Shown piece by piece: positions 1-9,843 of a stretch of 64,000 nucleotides of DNA (position 1 is the first letter of the stretch; each line of letters begins with the position of its first letter). The stretch lies in contig CAZNJK010000005.1 of NCBI GenBank assembly GCA_964573405.1, positions 1,430-65,429 on the forward strand, in the 5' to 3' direction. This stretch comes from an uncultured Christensenella sp. Its GTDB lineage: Bacteria; Bacillota; Clostridia; Christensenellales; UBA1242. The notes below the pieces were generated by a model that was given only the letters and a program-made list of their open reading frames with translations, made no database searches and was not told where the DNA came from. The position numbers and the translations under genes are program-made.

Positions 1-831
1 CTAGAATATGTAAATTGGTGTGCAAAAAACAACATTACAGTGGCAATATCAAATATTGATGAAGTGAGATATATAAATAAATATTGCAGTAGTTCGATTG
101 ATGTGCACATTAAGATTAATTCGGGAATGAATCGCTATGGTGTGAAGTCGGTTGTTTTGCTTCGTGAAATTTTGAAGGAGATAAAACGGGGACAGAAAAT
201 TAACATTACCGGAGCATATACGCACTTCGCAACAAAACTGGAAAACCTTGATTTTATCGACTATCAGTACGCTTTTTTCGAAAAGATGTTGAAGGAAATA
301 AAAGTGAAAAATCTACTTGTTCACTGTGCAAATTCTTTTGTTGCAACTACCGACAAATTGAAACTATGCAATATGGTGCGGGTGGGATTTTCGATGTATT
401 CCGACCATTATCAACGGCTAAAAATTGAAAATGTTCTTTCGGTTACCGCTAGGGTGCTTGCCATAAATTCGGTCAAAAGGGGTGAAAGTGTGGGGTATGA
501 CCGCACTCACATTGCGAAGCGGAATGAAAAAATTGCCATCGTGTCAATGGGCTACGCCGACGGATTTGCGAGAAACCTTAGCAATAATTTTAAAGTGCTT
601 ATTAATGGTCAATTCACGCCCGTTGTCGGCAATGTGTGCATGGACTGCTTTATGATAGATGTTACGGATATTAAGGGTGTGTTTGTGGGGTCGCAAGTCA
701 CTATTTTGGGTGAAAATGCGGACAAAAAAATAACGCTCGAAGATTACGCGAAAGCCCTGTCGTTTAGCCCGTATGAAGTGTTGCTTAATTTTAGGCGTAG
801 ACGAATGAATGTTGTTATAAAAAATGTATAA
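1..831 (+). CDS. alr: Alanine racemase, C-terminal part (5' end outside window)
   Basis: Frame 1 is open from base 1. The protein shows alanine racemase motifs (HIKINSGMNRYG, GAYTHFA, VSMGYADGF, GNVCMDCFMID). Confidence 0.9.
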   Translation, partial: LEYVNWCAKNNITVAISNIDEVRYINKYCSSSIDVHIKINSGMNRYGVKSVVLLREILKEIKRGQKINITGAYTHFATKLENLDFIDYQYAFFEKMLKEIKVKNLLVHCANSFVATTDKLKLCNMVRVGFSMYSDHYQRLKIENVLSVTARVLAINSVKRGESVGYDRTHIAKRNEKIAIVSMGYADGFARNLSNNFKVLINGQFTPVVGNVCMDCFMIDVTDIKGVFVGSQVTILGENADKKITLEDYAKALSFSPYEVLLNFRRRRMNVVIKNV

Positions 832-861
832 TTATGCAAAATGTTAACTTTTTGTACATAG

Positions 862-890
862 TTGACATTTTTTTTGGCGCAATATACAAT
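862..890 (+). promoter_or_regulatory. Sigma-A type promoter for rsmD
   Basis: TTGACA (862-867), 17-nt spacer, TACAAT (885-890). The track ORF start at 862 is actually the -35 box, which supports the ATG at 907 as the true start. Confidence 0.55.
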
Positions 891-906
891 TGTAATGGTG
901 AAAAAT

Positions 907-1455
907 ATGAGAATAATTGCAGGAAAATATAAAGGATTAAAGCTTAATGAATTTGAGTACTCCAACATTCGTCCGACAATAGATAGGGTGCGAGAGTCGA
1001 TTTTTAATAAATTGCAGTTTAATATTAGCGGGGCAAAGGTGCTAGATTTGTTCGGTGGAACCGGGGCTGTGTCGTTGGAATTTGTCAGTAGATATGCAAG
1101 CGAAGTTGTCACTGTGGACAATAATTCAAATAGTGTAAAACTAATTAAAGAGAATTTCGCAAAAGCAAAACTAAAGCCCAATTTGATGGAAATGGATTAT
1201 ATGACCGCATTGAAAAAACTTTCAAAAAACGGCTGTAAATTCGATATAATATTTTTAGACCCGCCTTACGCTTCTGATTTTGGAGAAAATGCCATAAACT
1301 ACATCTTTGATAATGATTTGTTGGACTCCGATGGAGTTGTGGTTTTTGAACATTCTCTGGAGAAAAACATCGAGAATACGGACAAATTAAAAGTTGTAGA
1401 CGAGAGAAAATACGGGACGGTAAAAGTTTCGTTTATTGGGTGCAACAATGGTTAG
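907..1455 (+). CDS. rsmD: 16S rRNA (guanine966-N2)-methyltransferase RsmD
   Basis: MRIIAGKYKGLKL...RPT.DRVRESIFN...LDLFGGTGA...FLDPPY motifs. Start moved to the ATG at 907, downstream of the promoter. Confidence 0.85.
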   Translation: MRIIAGKYKGLKLNEFEYSNIRPTIDRVRESIFNKLQFNISGAKVLDLFGGTGAVSLEFVSRYASEVVTVDNNSNSVKLIKENFAKAKLKPNLMEMDYMTALKKLSKNGCKFDIIFLDPPYASDFGENAINYIFDNDLLDSDGVVVFEHSLEKNIENTDKLKVVDERKYGTVKVSFIGCNNG

Positions 1456-1786
1456 AATTGTCAATATAAAGGAGAATATGCCACCTAGCGACTATGCGGT
1501 ATTTCTGCTTGATTGTGCCATATCCGATAGCAAAAAGATGGGAGATAAAGCCCTAATTGTTATACACGGATATGGCTCGCATGGTGTGGGTGGAGAAATT
1601 AAGCGCGCGACATTAGAGTATCTTTCAAAATGCAAGAAAGATAAAAAAATCCGCACATATGTGCGTGGCGACGAATGGGGTGAATTTAACGAAGACCGTA
1701 AATTGATATGTTCCGAATGCCCGGAATTAATAATCAATAGCCAAGTGAGTGGATTCAATAGTGGTGTTACGGTTGTGTTGCTATGA
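1448..1786 (+). CDS. Small Smr-like domain protein (hypothetical)
   Basis: ALIVIHGYGSHGVGGEIKRATLEYL resembles the Smr core (xIIHGKG...G.L+..V..wL). The ATG at 1448 overlaps the rsmD stop (ATGGTTAG). No strong RBS. Confidence 0.5.
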   Translation: MVRIVNIKENMPPSDYAVFLLDCAISDSKKMGDKALIVIHGYGSHGVGGEIKRATLEYLSKCKKDKKIRTYVRGDEWGEFNEDRKLICSECPELIINSQVSGFNSGVTVVLL

Positions 1787-1816
1787 AAAAATAACGCATT
1801 TCGCGTTATTTTTTTG
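1786..1816. terminator. Bidirectional intrinsic terminator between convergent genes
   Basis: 7-bp stem ATAACGC (1791-1797) / GCGTTAT (1803-1809), flanked by an A-run and a T-run. It overlaps the stop of the minus-strand gene. Confidence 0.6.
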
Positions 1817-2246
1817 TCAAAAATGTCTTTAGGCTGTCTATAAATTCTTCTTCCGCGTGTTGTAGGTCGGTGGCAATATTTCGAATCTCTTTGTTCGCGG
1901 TCTTAAATTCACCCATCGACTTTAAGATGTCGGTGATTCCCATCGTTGTGCCTTGTATTAACATCTCTGCTATGTGATTTGTGTCGTCATTCATCATGGT
2001 TTTTAGGTTGATACTTGCACTACTCGTCATTTTTAGTAGGGGATTGATTGCGTCAATGTCTTCGTTTATTTCGCTTGCTTTTCTTTTACATTCGCTCGTA
2101 ATTCTCCCATATATTGAGTTTTGCTTTTCAATCAGTTTTAGAAGTTTTTTGTCTTCAATCTTGTCTTGAATCGAGTCAATCGCGTGCGTCGCCATAGTGA
2201 CATTTTTAAATATCGCATTTAGTAGTTGTGAGTTGTGATTTTCCAT
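1806..2246 (-). CDS. Hypothetical all-helical cytoplasmic protein
   Basis: The ATG at 2246 is preceded by AAAGGAGAA. The upstream part of the track ORF has no RBS. I recognise no family and see no TM segment. Confidence 0.55.
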   Translation of the reverse strand: MENHNSQLLNAIFKNVTMATHAIDSIQDKIEDKKLLKLIEKQNSIYGRITSECKRKASEINEDIDAINPLLKMTSSASINLKTMMNDDTNHIAEMLIQGTTMGITDILKSMGEFKTANKEIRNIATDLQHAEEEFIDSLKTFLTKK

Positions 2247-2336
2247 AAATTTCTCCTTTTTTATGTTAGTATTCCCATAAAAACCGCTTTTATGAGCGGG
2301 ATTTTCGGTAATTTCGTGCAATTTGCCCAAAATTAT

Positions 2337-2364
2337 TTGATTTTACAAAATTATGTTATATAAT
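2337..2364 (+). promoter_or_regulatory. Candidate promoter of the ABC/Big_2 operon
   Basis: TTGATT (2337-2342), 16-nt spacer, TATAAT (2359-2364). Confidence 0.45.
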
Positions 2365-2437
2365 ATATCTAAAGTATTATATAGTCATAAAAGTACGACA
2401 TTTAAGACAAAATATGTACAAAGGAATGTGGTGAATT

Positions 2438-3145
2438 ATGTTAAAAGTTAATGGATTGGTTAAAACATTTAAAAAGGCAAAAAAACCAGCAGTTGACAAC
2501 ATCTCATTTGCTGTGGAAGAGGGCGATGTTTTTGGAATCATTGGTAAAAATGGCGCGGGTAAATCGACCACAATTAAGTGTATAACGGGCATTATCCCTT
2601 ATGATAGCGGGTCCATAATCGTAAACGGCCACGATATGTTGAAAAAACCGAATTTGGCGAAATTTCAAATGGGCTATGTCCCGGACAATCATATGCTTTA
2701 TGAAGACCTTACGGGTAGGGAATATATAAATTTTATGGCGGATGTGTATGGGGTTAGTGAACATGACCGAATAACTAGAATTGATAAATACGCAAAATTG
2801 CTAAATATTGAGGATAGCCTAGATTTGCAAATTAACGGCTATTCTCACGGAATGCATCAAAAAATTTGCATAATCGGGGCTCTAATCCACGAGCCAAAAC
2901 TTTGGATTTTGGACGAGCCGTTCCTAGGTCTTGACCCACAGAGCCGACAAGTGGTGAAGCAGTGTATAAAGGATTTTTCTGACAACAAAAAACATATGGT
3001 TATTTTTACAAGCCACGACCTAGAAACTGTTGTTGAAATGTGCAATAAAATTTTGGTCTTGGAAAATGGCAAGATAAAAGCACAGTACCGCGTGACCCGT
3101 CAAAAGAACGCGCTTATGGAAAAACTTAGTGAAATTATGAAATAG
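2438..3145 (+). CDS. ABC transporter ATP-binding protein (ABC-2 exporter type)
   Basis: Walker A GKNGAGKST, signature-like YSHGMHQK, Walker B LWILDEP, H-loop TSHD. Confidence 0.9.
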   Translation: MLKVNGLVKTFKKAKKPAVDNISFAVEEGDVFGIIGKNGAGKSTTIKCITGIIPYDSGSIIVNGHDMLKKPNLAKFQMGYVPDNHMLYEDLTGREYINFMADVYGVSEHDRITRIDKYAKLLNIEDSLDLQINGYSHGMHQKICIIGALIHEPKLWILDEPFLGLDPQSRQVVKQCIKDFSDNKKHMVIFTSHDLETVVEMCNKILVLENGKIKAQYRVTRQKNALMEKLSEIMK

Positions 3146-3147
3146 CG

Positions 3148-4734
3148 GTGGGAGTAATGGCAAATATTGGATATTTAATTAAACTTAATTCTTCAATATC
3201 GAGAAACGTAGCATCGAATAATAAAAAATCGCAAGCATTGTCACTGTTTGGGAGTATTCTTTTGTCGTCCATCATCGCAGTATTGTGTGCATTATTCTTC
3301 TCGTTTTTCGGCTCAGTTGAAGACGGGGCTAATTATTTGTCATTTGTTTTGACCATTATTCAAATCATACTATTATTTTATTCGTCATCATTAATTATTA
3401 AAAATGTGTACCTTTGCACCGATAAGCAATTGCTTTCGTTTTTGCCTATATCGAAGTTGGAAATATATGTCGCAAAAATTATAAATTGCATTAAGAAAAT
3501 ATTGCTAATGTCATTAGTTATATCTGTCCCTATGTTTGTTTCATTTGGGATTGCTTTTGCTTCAAGTATTTTGTACATCCCATATAGCATAATTGCAATT
3601 ATATTATTGTCCCTTTTCCCTATGGGTCTGGCTTTAATTATTGCGGTTCCAATTATGTACATTAGAATTTGGCTAAAACCCCAAAATTGGTTAAGCCTTA
3701 TAATCTCCATTGCGTTGACAATTGTTGGATTTTATGTGTATAGCAAAATCATATTCAATATTGCCGACATTATGCTACTTGAGTACAAAAAATCGAACAT
3801 TTTAATTGAAGTTGCAAATAAATTTGCTTCCGATAAAATTGCGAGTACTTGGCTGGCAAATTTTGTATTTTCTTCCGATGTGCTAAAGAATTTGGGACTT
3901 GCCGTACTTGTGTCTTTCATTACTCCGCTTGTGGGGAGTGTGTTGGGCGGTCTAACGTTCGGGATTTATTTCAAAAAATCCACCATCCTAAATACATATT
4001 CTCGAACTATAAAAACAAAGACAAAAAAGAGAAGTGTATTTAATTCCTATTTTGTAAAGGAAACAAAGGAAATTTTCCGTAACTCCAACTACCTGTTTAC
4101 ATATTTTGGAATGGCGGTTGCAATGCCTATAATGGTATGGATTTGCAATTCATTTATGGTGGAATTTTCCGTAGAAAAACTGGGCTCGCAAATTATATTT
4201 GGCACAACACTATTAGTGGTCTTGGTGTTCATTGCAATGATTTGCTCGCCAAGTGCTATTTTCATAAGCAAAGAAGGAAATTCGCTGTGGATGTTAAAAA
4301 CCAGCCCTAGGGGAATAGCCATTCCGCTACTCGCAAAATCGCTATTTGCAGTAATCTCAAGTTCATTCGCGCTTGTTTTCACACTTGTTGTGCTTATTGC
4401 CTTTCAATACACAACCATATTAGAAAGCTTGATGATTTTGGCAATTGCATATGTTTTTATGCTCGCAATTATCACAATGGGGCTCTTTATTAATCTAAAT
4501 AATTCCGATATATCAAAGTTGAATGCAACAAATAACGGCAATATGGTGCTTTTGATGACTCTGGGCTTTGTTTTGGGTGTAATAATCGGAATATTTGCTA
4601 TGATTGAAAGCATAAAAAGGTCGCTAATCATTGCGTTTGTTGGGGCTACAATAATATCATTTGTCGTGCTAGGCGTGTCGCTCGCATTGTTAATCCCGAA
4701 TTACAAAAAACTATACTATAAAATGGAGGCGTGA
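3148..4734 (+). CDS. Polytopic ABC exporter permease-like membrane protein
   Basis: 528 aa, hydrophobic throughout with many predicted TM helices. It starts 2 nt after the ATPase stop. An alternative ATG start exists at 3157. Confidence 0.7.
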   Translation: MGVMANIGYLIKLNSSISRNVASNNKKSQALSLFGSILLSSIIAVLCALFFSFFGSVEDGANYLSFVLTIIQIILLFYSSSLIIKNVYLCTDKQLLSFLPISKLEIYVAKIINCIKKILLMSLVISVPMFVSFGIAFASSILYIPYSIIAIILLSLFPMGLALIIAVPIMYIRIWLKPQNWLSLIISIALTIVGFYVYSKIIFNIADIMLLEYKKSNILIEVANKFASDKIASTWLANFVFSSDVLKNLGLAVLVSFITPLVGSVLGGLTFGIYFKKSTILNTYSRTIKTKTKKRSVFNSYFVKETKEIFRNSNYLFTYFGMAVAMPIMVWICNSFMVEFSVEKLGSQIIFGTTLLVVLVFIAMICSPSAIFISKEGNSLWMLKTSPRGIAIPLLAKSLFAVISSSFALVFTLVVLIAFQYTTILESLMILAIAYVFMLAIITMGLFINLNNSDISKLNATNNGNMVLLMTLGFVLGVIIGIFAMIESIKRSLIIAFVGATIISFVVLGVSLALLIPNYKKLYYKMEA

Positions 4735-4736
4735 TT

Positions 4737-7700
4737 ATGAAAAAATTAATGTTGTTTTTTGTAGCACTTATACCTATCGCGTTAATTTTTACTGTGCAAG
4801 TAACAACTAATTACATAGCACTCAACAACTACATCTCCGTAGATAAAGTGTCGTTTGCTGATGAATATTTGACAATCACTAAGCCGGACGAAAATGACAT
4901 TGTGCTTAATTATCCCGCACGAGTGTCGCCAGTGGGGGCTACAAATAAAAATGTGGTTTATTCATCTTCCAATCCAGCAATCGCAACAGTGAGTAGCGAG
5001 GGCGTCATTACCTTTAAAGACTTTGGCGAAGTAATTATTACAGTGAGAAGTGCACTTACTGACTCGGTGAAAGACACCGTAACATTCCTAGTTACCGACG
5101 ATAAAGCCCACCGCATCAATATTACAAATGTGGATGATAGGCTTAATCTAATTAAAGGCGACGAGTACTATCTTGCCACCGAGATAATCCCGAAGGAAGC
5201 GTTAGATAAAAATGTAACCTTTTCAAGTTCGGACGAGTCAGTGGTGGCGGTCGCTTTAGATGGTAGAATAACCGCAATTGATGGCGGGGAAGCGGAGATA
5301 ACCGCACATACCGTTAATGGCAAGACAGATAGCATCTGGGTCACTGTCACCGCCCCAGTAAAAGGCTTGTCGATGAGTGCCACAAGCAATATTACAACTG
5401 CAGTAAATACTGTACAATTCCCGTCACTTACAATTACTCCAAGCAATGCGACAAACAAAAGCATTACATATTCTTCGTCCGATGCTTCGGTGGGAGAAAT
5501 CACAAGTGACGGACATATCTCGCTTTTAAAGGCGGGAGTCGTCACCTTTACCGCAACAACGGTTGACGGCAATTATTCAGTTGATTATATAATTAATTAC
5601 ACGGGCGGATATGTTACTAGTTCCACGATGTCGGAAAAATATTTGGACAAAATAATAAGCGTTGATTTTGAGTACGGCAAAATTTTAGACATTCCTGTAA
5701 CGATAGCACCTAGCGACTATAACTTATCCCATATCAACAACACCTATTGGGAGTCGGACAATCAAAATGTTGTGAAGATTGAAGATGAAAAATTGATAGT
5801 CGTTGGCGGTGGCTCGGCAGTGATTACATTTGTCGCAAAATTATCGGAAACACAAGAAATAAGGTCAAAAACAACTATTAACGTGCTTAGACCAGCATAT
5901 GCAATTACAATTAACGACGACAATGGAGTAGGCAAATATACATACAATATGCCGTCTTTTACTGGCGAAATTGCCTATAGTGTTCTTACAGAAGACTCCA
6001 CGACCGACTGCACCGACGAACTAACAATAACTTGCACCAATTGTGAAGCCAAGTTAAACAACGGAAAGTGCCACATCCAGTTTACCGGCGGTACGGCAAG
6101 AATCGTATTTACTGCTGGCAATATTTCAAGAGAAGTTGAGATTGTTTATACCGGCTCGGCACAATCTTGCACCGTAACCGACAATGTAACGCTAGAACTT
6201 GGAGAGTATGAATTTTTGTATGATGACGGACTTGTTCCTACTTCATATTCTGACTATGACTCCAATATATTGCAAATCTCTAATGGGATAGTAACCGCTG
6301 TTAAGGGTGGCAGTACAACAATTACCGCAAACTTCGATGATTCGGAGTCAAAGCAATTCAATATAACTGTTTTGAGAGCGGGGCAGGACATTTATATTGG
6401 CGGCGAGCCTATTTCAAACACCACTATCAAAACTAGCCTAAAAACTTGGAAATTAAATGCTAGCGTTTATCCGGTAGATGCTACCGAGAAAGTAATAGAC
6501 TTCAGCAGTAGCAATAATTCAGTTGCGACCGTTACGGCAGGTGGACTGGTGGAGTTTATTTCGGAAGGCTCAGTAACAATTACTATGAGTGTGAAAAAAC
6601 ATCCAAATGTGGACGATTGTATAACAAAAACAATCACAATAACTTCCACATTTGGCTATCCAGACACATTTAAACTTACCGATTATTCCGATGTTGTGAT
6701 TGCAAATAAGGGTCTAACCCATAAAATATACATATCAAATTCATTTACTCCGTCCGACTACACATTTGACCCTAACCAATTATCGTTTGTGTCGGCAAAT
6801 CAAAGCGTTGCAATCGTGAGTAAGGGAAGTGATGAAAGTGGCGTATACGGACTAATAACCGGTGTTGATGGCGGAACAACTACAATCTCTGCAATTATCG
6901 GGAATATCCAAAAGACCGTAAATGTGACAGTCAATGTACTTAGCACGGCGGTTAGCATAGACTATTTTGACGGCGAAAGTTATGTAGGACTTCCTTTAAA
7001 CTCGGCAATAACAACCACCAGTTCAGTTCAACTTTCCCCAAACATCACCCCGAAGAATACTACAAATAAGCAAGTAAGTTGGAGCATAGTAAAAGGGAGC
7101 GAATATGCGAGCGTGTCGAGTAGCGGAGCCGTTAATTTTACGGGCTATGGCACAATCACCGTGAGATTGACTATGTCCGATACTGGCATATATTATGACG
7201 GAAATATTAGTAGAATTGTCCCAGAAATAGCAGTCTACGAAACGACTACCGATATTACAAATTCGAGCATCTCAGTAGGCGTGTCGTCGGCAAATCCTAA
7301 GTATAGGGTAAAACTAACGGTGGATAATTCATACACCATTATCGACTCGCTAGACTACTCAAGCATTGAATGTGCAATCACCAACGACGATTCGGCTAAC
7401 GACGGCAAAATCACAAGCACAAGTGATGGAAATGGTCTATTTACAATCTCTCGACCTAGCACGCTCTCAATTTCCATAAAATCAACTATTACATTTAGAT
7501 GTTATGGAAAGTCGGCGAGTATAAATGTAAAATTTCTATCATTTGATAGTGCAAAAATGGTGTATGTTGTCAATGGTAAGAATATCGTCTTAGACAACAC
7601 ACTTGATGTAAATTATGGTTATGAACAAAAACTCGTGTTTGGAAGCACATCATATGACTGGCAAAGTGAGGGTGATGCCACAAAATTGCATGTTGGAATT

Positions 7701-8885
7701 GTCCGATACACTGCGGTGCTTTCTCACGATGTTCAAGATAAGATGTTTTGGTCTATCACCACCGGTTCTAATTTCGCAGAACTTCCAGACCCTACAGCGG
7801 GTAATATTTATTTTAATCAGGACACAATGCCAAGTATGGAAAATATCCTTACACTTAGAATTCACGACGAGCCCGACTACAATCTAAGCACAATTAGATG
7901 TAGTTATGATATGACAGTTATAAGAAAAAGCATTAATGTGTTTGACCAAGATAGTTTTGTATTTGCTAGAGGTGCTGAAGTCGGCTGGGCTTTTGTATTG
8001 CAATCCAATCTTGGCACCGATGAAGATAACGATCCTACAAAGCCATTTAGTGCACTTAATGGGGGGTCGGCAGTAGAAACTTTGCAAAATATATATGGTA
8101 ATGGATATACATTAAATGTGCACAATCTTTCAAACAATAATTTTACATTGTACGGCAACATAAGGAACATTATCGTGAAAGGATGTAATAATGATTCTAG
8201 TAAGGAGTCTTTTGAAAAATCAATTTTGTTCCATGTAAATACAGCCGTTAGTTACTCTAAATTTTCTAATGCGTTAAAAACCGGATATTGTGGCCCATAT
8301 GCTGGACTTTTCACCTTCTATAAGTGCTTGTTTACTAACGCTGCACAATGTGGACTTCAAATGGGTAGAGGCGAGAATAGTACAGATGGCGACCAGACAG
8401 TGCTACTTGAAGATTGTATATTCGATGATGTCGGGCAGTGTGCTGTGGATTATCAGTGCGGAAATGTTCAAGTAAAAGGGAGATTAGACGTGTACAATTT
8501 CCGAACATCAGACGACTATGATTTGACATATAGGTCGGCTATTAAAAATGCATTCAATAGCGACGAATTTAAGTTGTATGTTGACAAGACTGGCAGTTCG
8601 ACCGTGGCTAATGTGGGAATTGTGTCGTTTAGGAATATATTAAAGAATAAAGACCCAAAATCGGATGTAACATTCTATAATGGAAGCGAGTATGTGGAGA
8701 GTGACGGCACTACTGGACATAATTACAAAATGGTAAAGGGTACTACGGGAACTCTTATTAAAACCCATATGACAAATATGTGGTTGGCTGAAATATATGA
8801 TAGTAACGGAAATATTCTTCCTGACGCAATTACTCAAACTTCGCAAGTTGACTATAGCATATTATATAGAATAGGAATTAATTAA
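4737..8885 (+). CDS. Large secreted or membrane-anchored protein: N-terminal TM/signal anchor, tandem Big_2 (bacterial Ig-like group 2) modules, beta-helix-like C-terminal domain
   Basis: GGAGG lies 7 nt upstream of the ATG at 4737, and the permease stop TGA is at 4732-4734. The motif xPxxAT(N/E)Kx(V/I)x(F/Y)SSSxxSVAxV..G.(I/V)....G...IT recurs at least 8 times (about nt 4900-7180). The C-terminal ~320 aa (about nt 7930-8882) is G/N-rich (NIYGNGYTLNVHNLSNNNFTLYGNIRNIIVKGC). Confidence 0.85.
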   Translation: MKKLMLFFVALIPIALIFTVQVTTNYIALNNYISVDKVSFADEYLTITKPDENDIVLNYPARVSPVGATNKNVVYSSSNPAIATVSSEGVITFKDFGEVIITVRSALTDSVKDTVTFLVTDDKAHRINITNVDDRLNLIKGDEYYLATEIIPKEALDKNVTFSSSDESVVAVALDGRITAIDGGEAEITAHTVNGKTDSIWVTVTAPVKGLSMSATSNITTAVNTVQFPSLTITPSNATNKSITYSSSDASVGEITSDGHISLLKAGVVTFTATTVDGNYSVDYIINYTGGYVTSSTMSEKYLDKIISVDFEYGKILDIPVTIAPSDYNLSHINNTYWESDNQNVVKIEDEKLIVVGGGSAVITFVAKLSETQEIRSKTTINVLRPAYAITINDDNGVGKYTYNMPSFTGEIAYSVLTEDSTTDCTDELTITCTNCEAKLNNGKCHIQFTGGTARIVFTAGNISREVEIVYTGSAQSCTVTDNVTLELGEYEFLYDDGLVPTSYSDYDSNILQISNGIVTAVKGGSTTITANFDDSESKQFNITVLRAGQDIYIGGEPISNTTIKTSLKTWKLNASVYPVDATEKVIDFSSSNNSVATVTAGGLVEFISEGSVTITMSVKKHPNVDDCITKTITITSTFGYPDTFKLTDYSDVVIANKGLTHKIYISNSFTPSDYTFDPNQLSFVSANQSVAIVSKGSDESGVYGLITGVDGGTTTISAIIGNIQKTVNVTVNVLSTAVSIDYFDGESYVGLPLNSAITTTSSVQLSPNITPKNTTNKQVSWSIVKGSEYASVSSSGAVNFTGYGTITVRLTMSDTGIYYDGNISRIVPEIAVYETTTDITNSSISVGVSSANPKYRVKLTVDNSYTIIDSLDYSSIECAITNDDSANDGKITSTSDGNGLFTISRPSTLSISIKSTITFRCYGKSASINVKFLSFDSAKMVYVVNGKNIVLDNTLDVNYGYEQKLVFGSTSYDWQSEGDATKLHVGIVRYTAVLSHDVQDKMFWSITTGSNFAELPDPTAGNIYFNQDTMPSMENILTLRIHDEPDYNLSTIRCSYDMTVIRKSINVFDQDSFVFARGAEVGWAFVLQSNLGTDEDNDPTKPFSALNGGSAVETLQNIYGNGYTLNVHNLSNNNFTLYGNIRNIIVKGCNNDSSKESFEKSILFHVNTAVSYSKFSNALKTGYCGPYAGLFTFYKCLFTNAAQCGLQMGRGENSTDGDQTVLLEDCIFDDVGQCAVDYQCGNVQVKGRLDVYNFRTSDDYDLTYRSAIKNAFNSDEFKLYVDKTGSSTVANVGIVSFRNILKNKDPKSDVTFYNGSEYVESDGTTGHNYKMVKGTTGTLIKTHMTNMWLAEIYDSNGNILPDAITQTSQVDYSILYRIGIN

Positions 8886-8915
8886 GAGCCTTTTATAAGG
8901 TTCTTAATTTTTTTT
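8882..8915 (+). terminator. Intrinsic terminator after the Big_2 gene
   Basis: 9-bp stem TTAAGAGCC / GGTTCTTAA (one G-U pair), 8-nt loop, then a T8 run. Confidence 0.7.
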
Positions 8916-9082
8916 GATGGCGTTTGTAAGGGGTAATTGCGGATTTTTGCGATTGTTAAAGTTTGTAAGTGAGTGACCAATTGTACGCAATTATAATCAC
9001 GCAATTATATTAAAGATTATAAGTATATATAATTTACTTTATATTAAAGAACAAAAATATTTTCAAAAATATCAAATAGTCA

Positions 9083-9111
9083 TTGACAATTATTTGTTTT
9101 TTTGGTATATT
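9083..9111 (+). promoter_or_regulatory. Promoter of the rplU-prp-rpmA operon
   Basis: TTGACA (9083-9088), 17-nt spacer carrying a TGn extension, TATATT (9106-9111). Confidence 0.6.
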
Positions 9112-9117
9112 ATTGTC

Positions 9118-9200
9118 AGTTCCACGTGTATTGGGCTTTTTTAAGTACCATTTATGGTCGCCTTTAATAACAGTGAGTTTGGGTAGAGGAGGTAATACTT
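9118..9200 (+). promoter_or_regulatory. 5' leader of rplU (candidate L21-leader type element)
   Basis: About 80 nt of untranslated leader between the promoter and the RBS GAGGAGG, containing a small hairpin ACCA-TTTA-TGGT. L21 leaders are known in low-GC Gram-positives, but I could not verify the fold by eye. Confidence 0.3.
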
Positions 9201-9506
9201 ATGTACGCAATTGTACAAACAGGTGGCAAACAATATAAGGTAGCACAAGACGAAATTATTAATGTTGAAAAACTTGATGCTAAGGTTGGCGATAAAGTTA
9301 ATCTTGATGTTCTTATGCTTGTTGACGGCAGTAAAGTTGTTAATGGTAATCCTTATGTTAAGAATGCTGAAGTTGTTGCAGAGGTTGTTGAACAAGGTAA
9401 GTCTGACAAAGTTCTAGTTTTCAAATACAAAGCTAAAAAGAACGAAAGAAAGAAACAAGGTCATAGACAACCATATACTGCTTTAAAAATCGTTTCGGTA
9501 AAGTAA
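9201..9506 (+). CDS. rplU: 50S ribosomal protein L21
   Basis: MYAIVQTGGKQYKV N-terminus, strong RBS, conserved operon. Confidence 0.95.
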   Translation: MYAIVQTGGKQYKVAQDEIINVEKLDAKVGDKVNLDVLMLVDGSKVVNGNPYVKNAEVVAEVVEQGKSDKVLVFKYKAKKNERKKQGHRQPYTALKIVSVK

Positions 9507-9507
9507 T

Positions 9508-9843
9508 ATGATTAAGATTACATTTTTAACTCGTGATGACCTTTATGTAGGCTTGACGAGTAAAGGCCATGCCGAATATTCGGATTATGGCACAGATATT
9601 GTATGTTCGGCCGTATCGTCAATTACGCAATCGCTAGCGCTTGGAATTTTGAAAGTGTTAGAAATCAAAGCGACTTACAAAGTTGATGAATCCAACGGCT
9701 ATTTGGAATTAGGATTGCCCAATATTGAAGATGAAAGGGTGTTAGACAATTCGCAAGTTTTGTTTAAAACCGCATTCGTTTCCCTAAAAGATATTCAAAG
9801 TGGGTATCCGTCGAATATTAAAGTGGAGGTTAAAAGACTATGA
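9508..9843 (+). CDS. prp: Ribosomal-processing cysteine protease Prp
   Basis: Lies between rplU and rpmA. His (GHAEY) and Cys (DIVCSAVS) form the catalytic dyad context. Confidence 0.9.
   Translation: MIKITFLTRDDLYVGLTSKGHAEYSDYGTDIVCSAVSSITQSLALGILKVLEIKATYKVDESNGYLELGLPNIEDERVLDNSQVLFKTAFVSLKDIQSGYPSNIKVEVKRL

Noticed and set aside
8985-9009. Direct repeat ACGCAATTATA, two copies 14 bp apart, downstream of the Big_2 gene.
   Set aside because: It is short, has only two copies and has no associated ORF or promoter geometry. There is not enough evidence to call a binding site.
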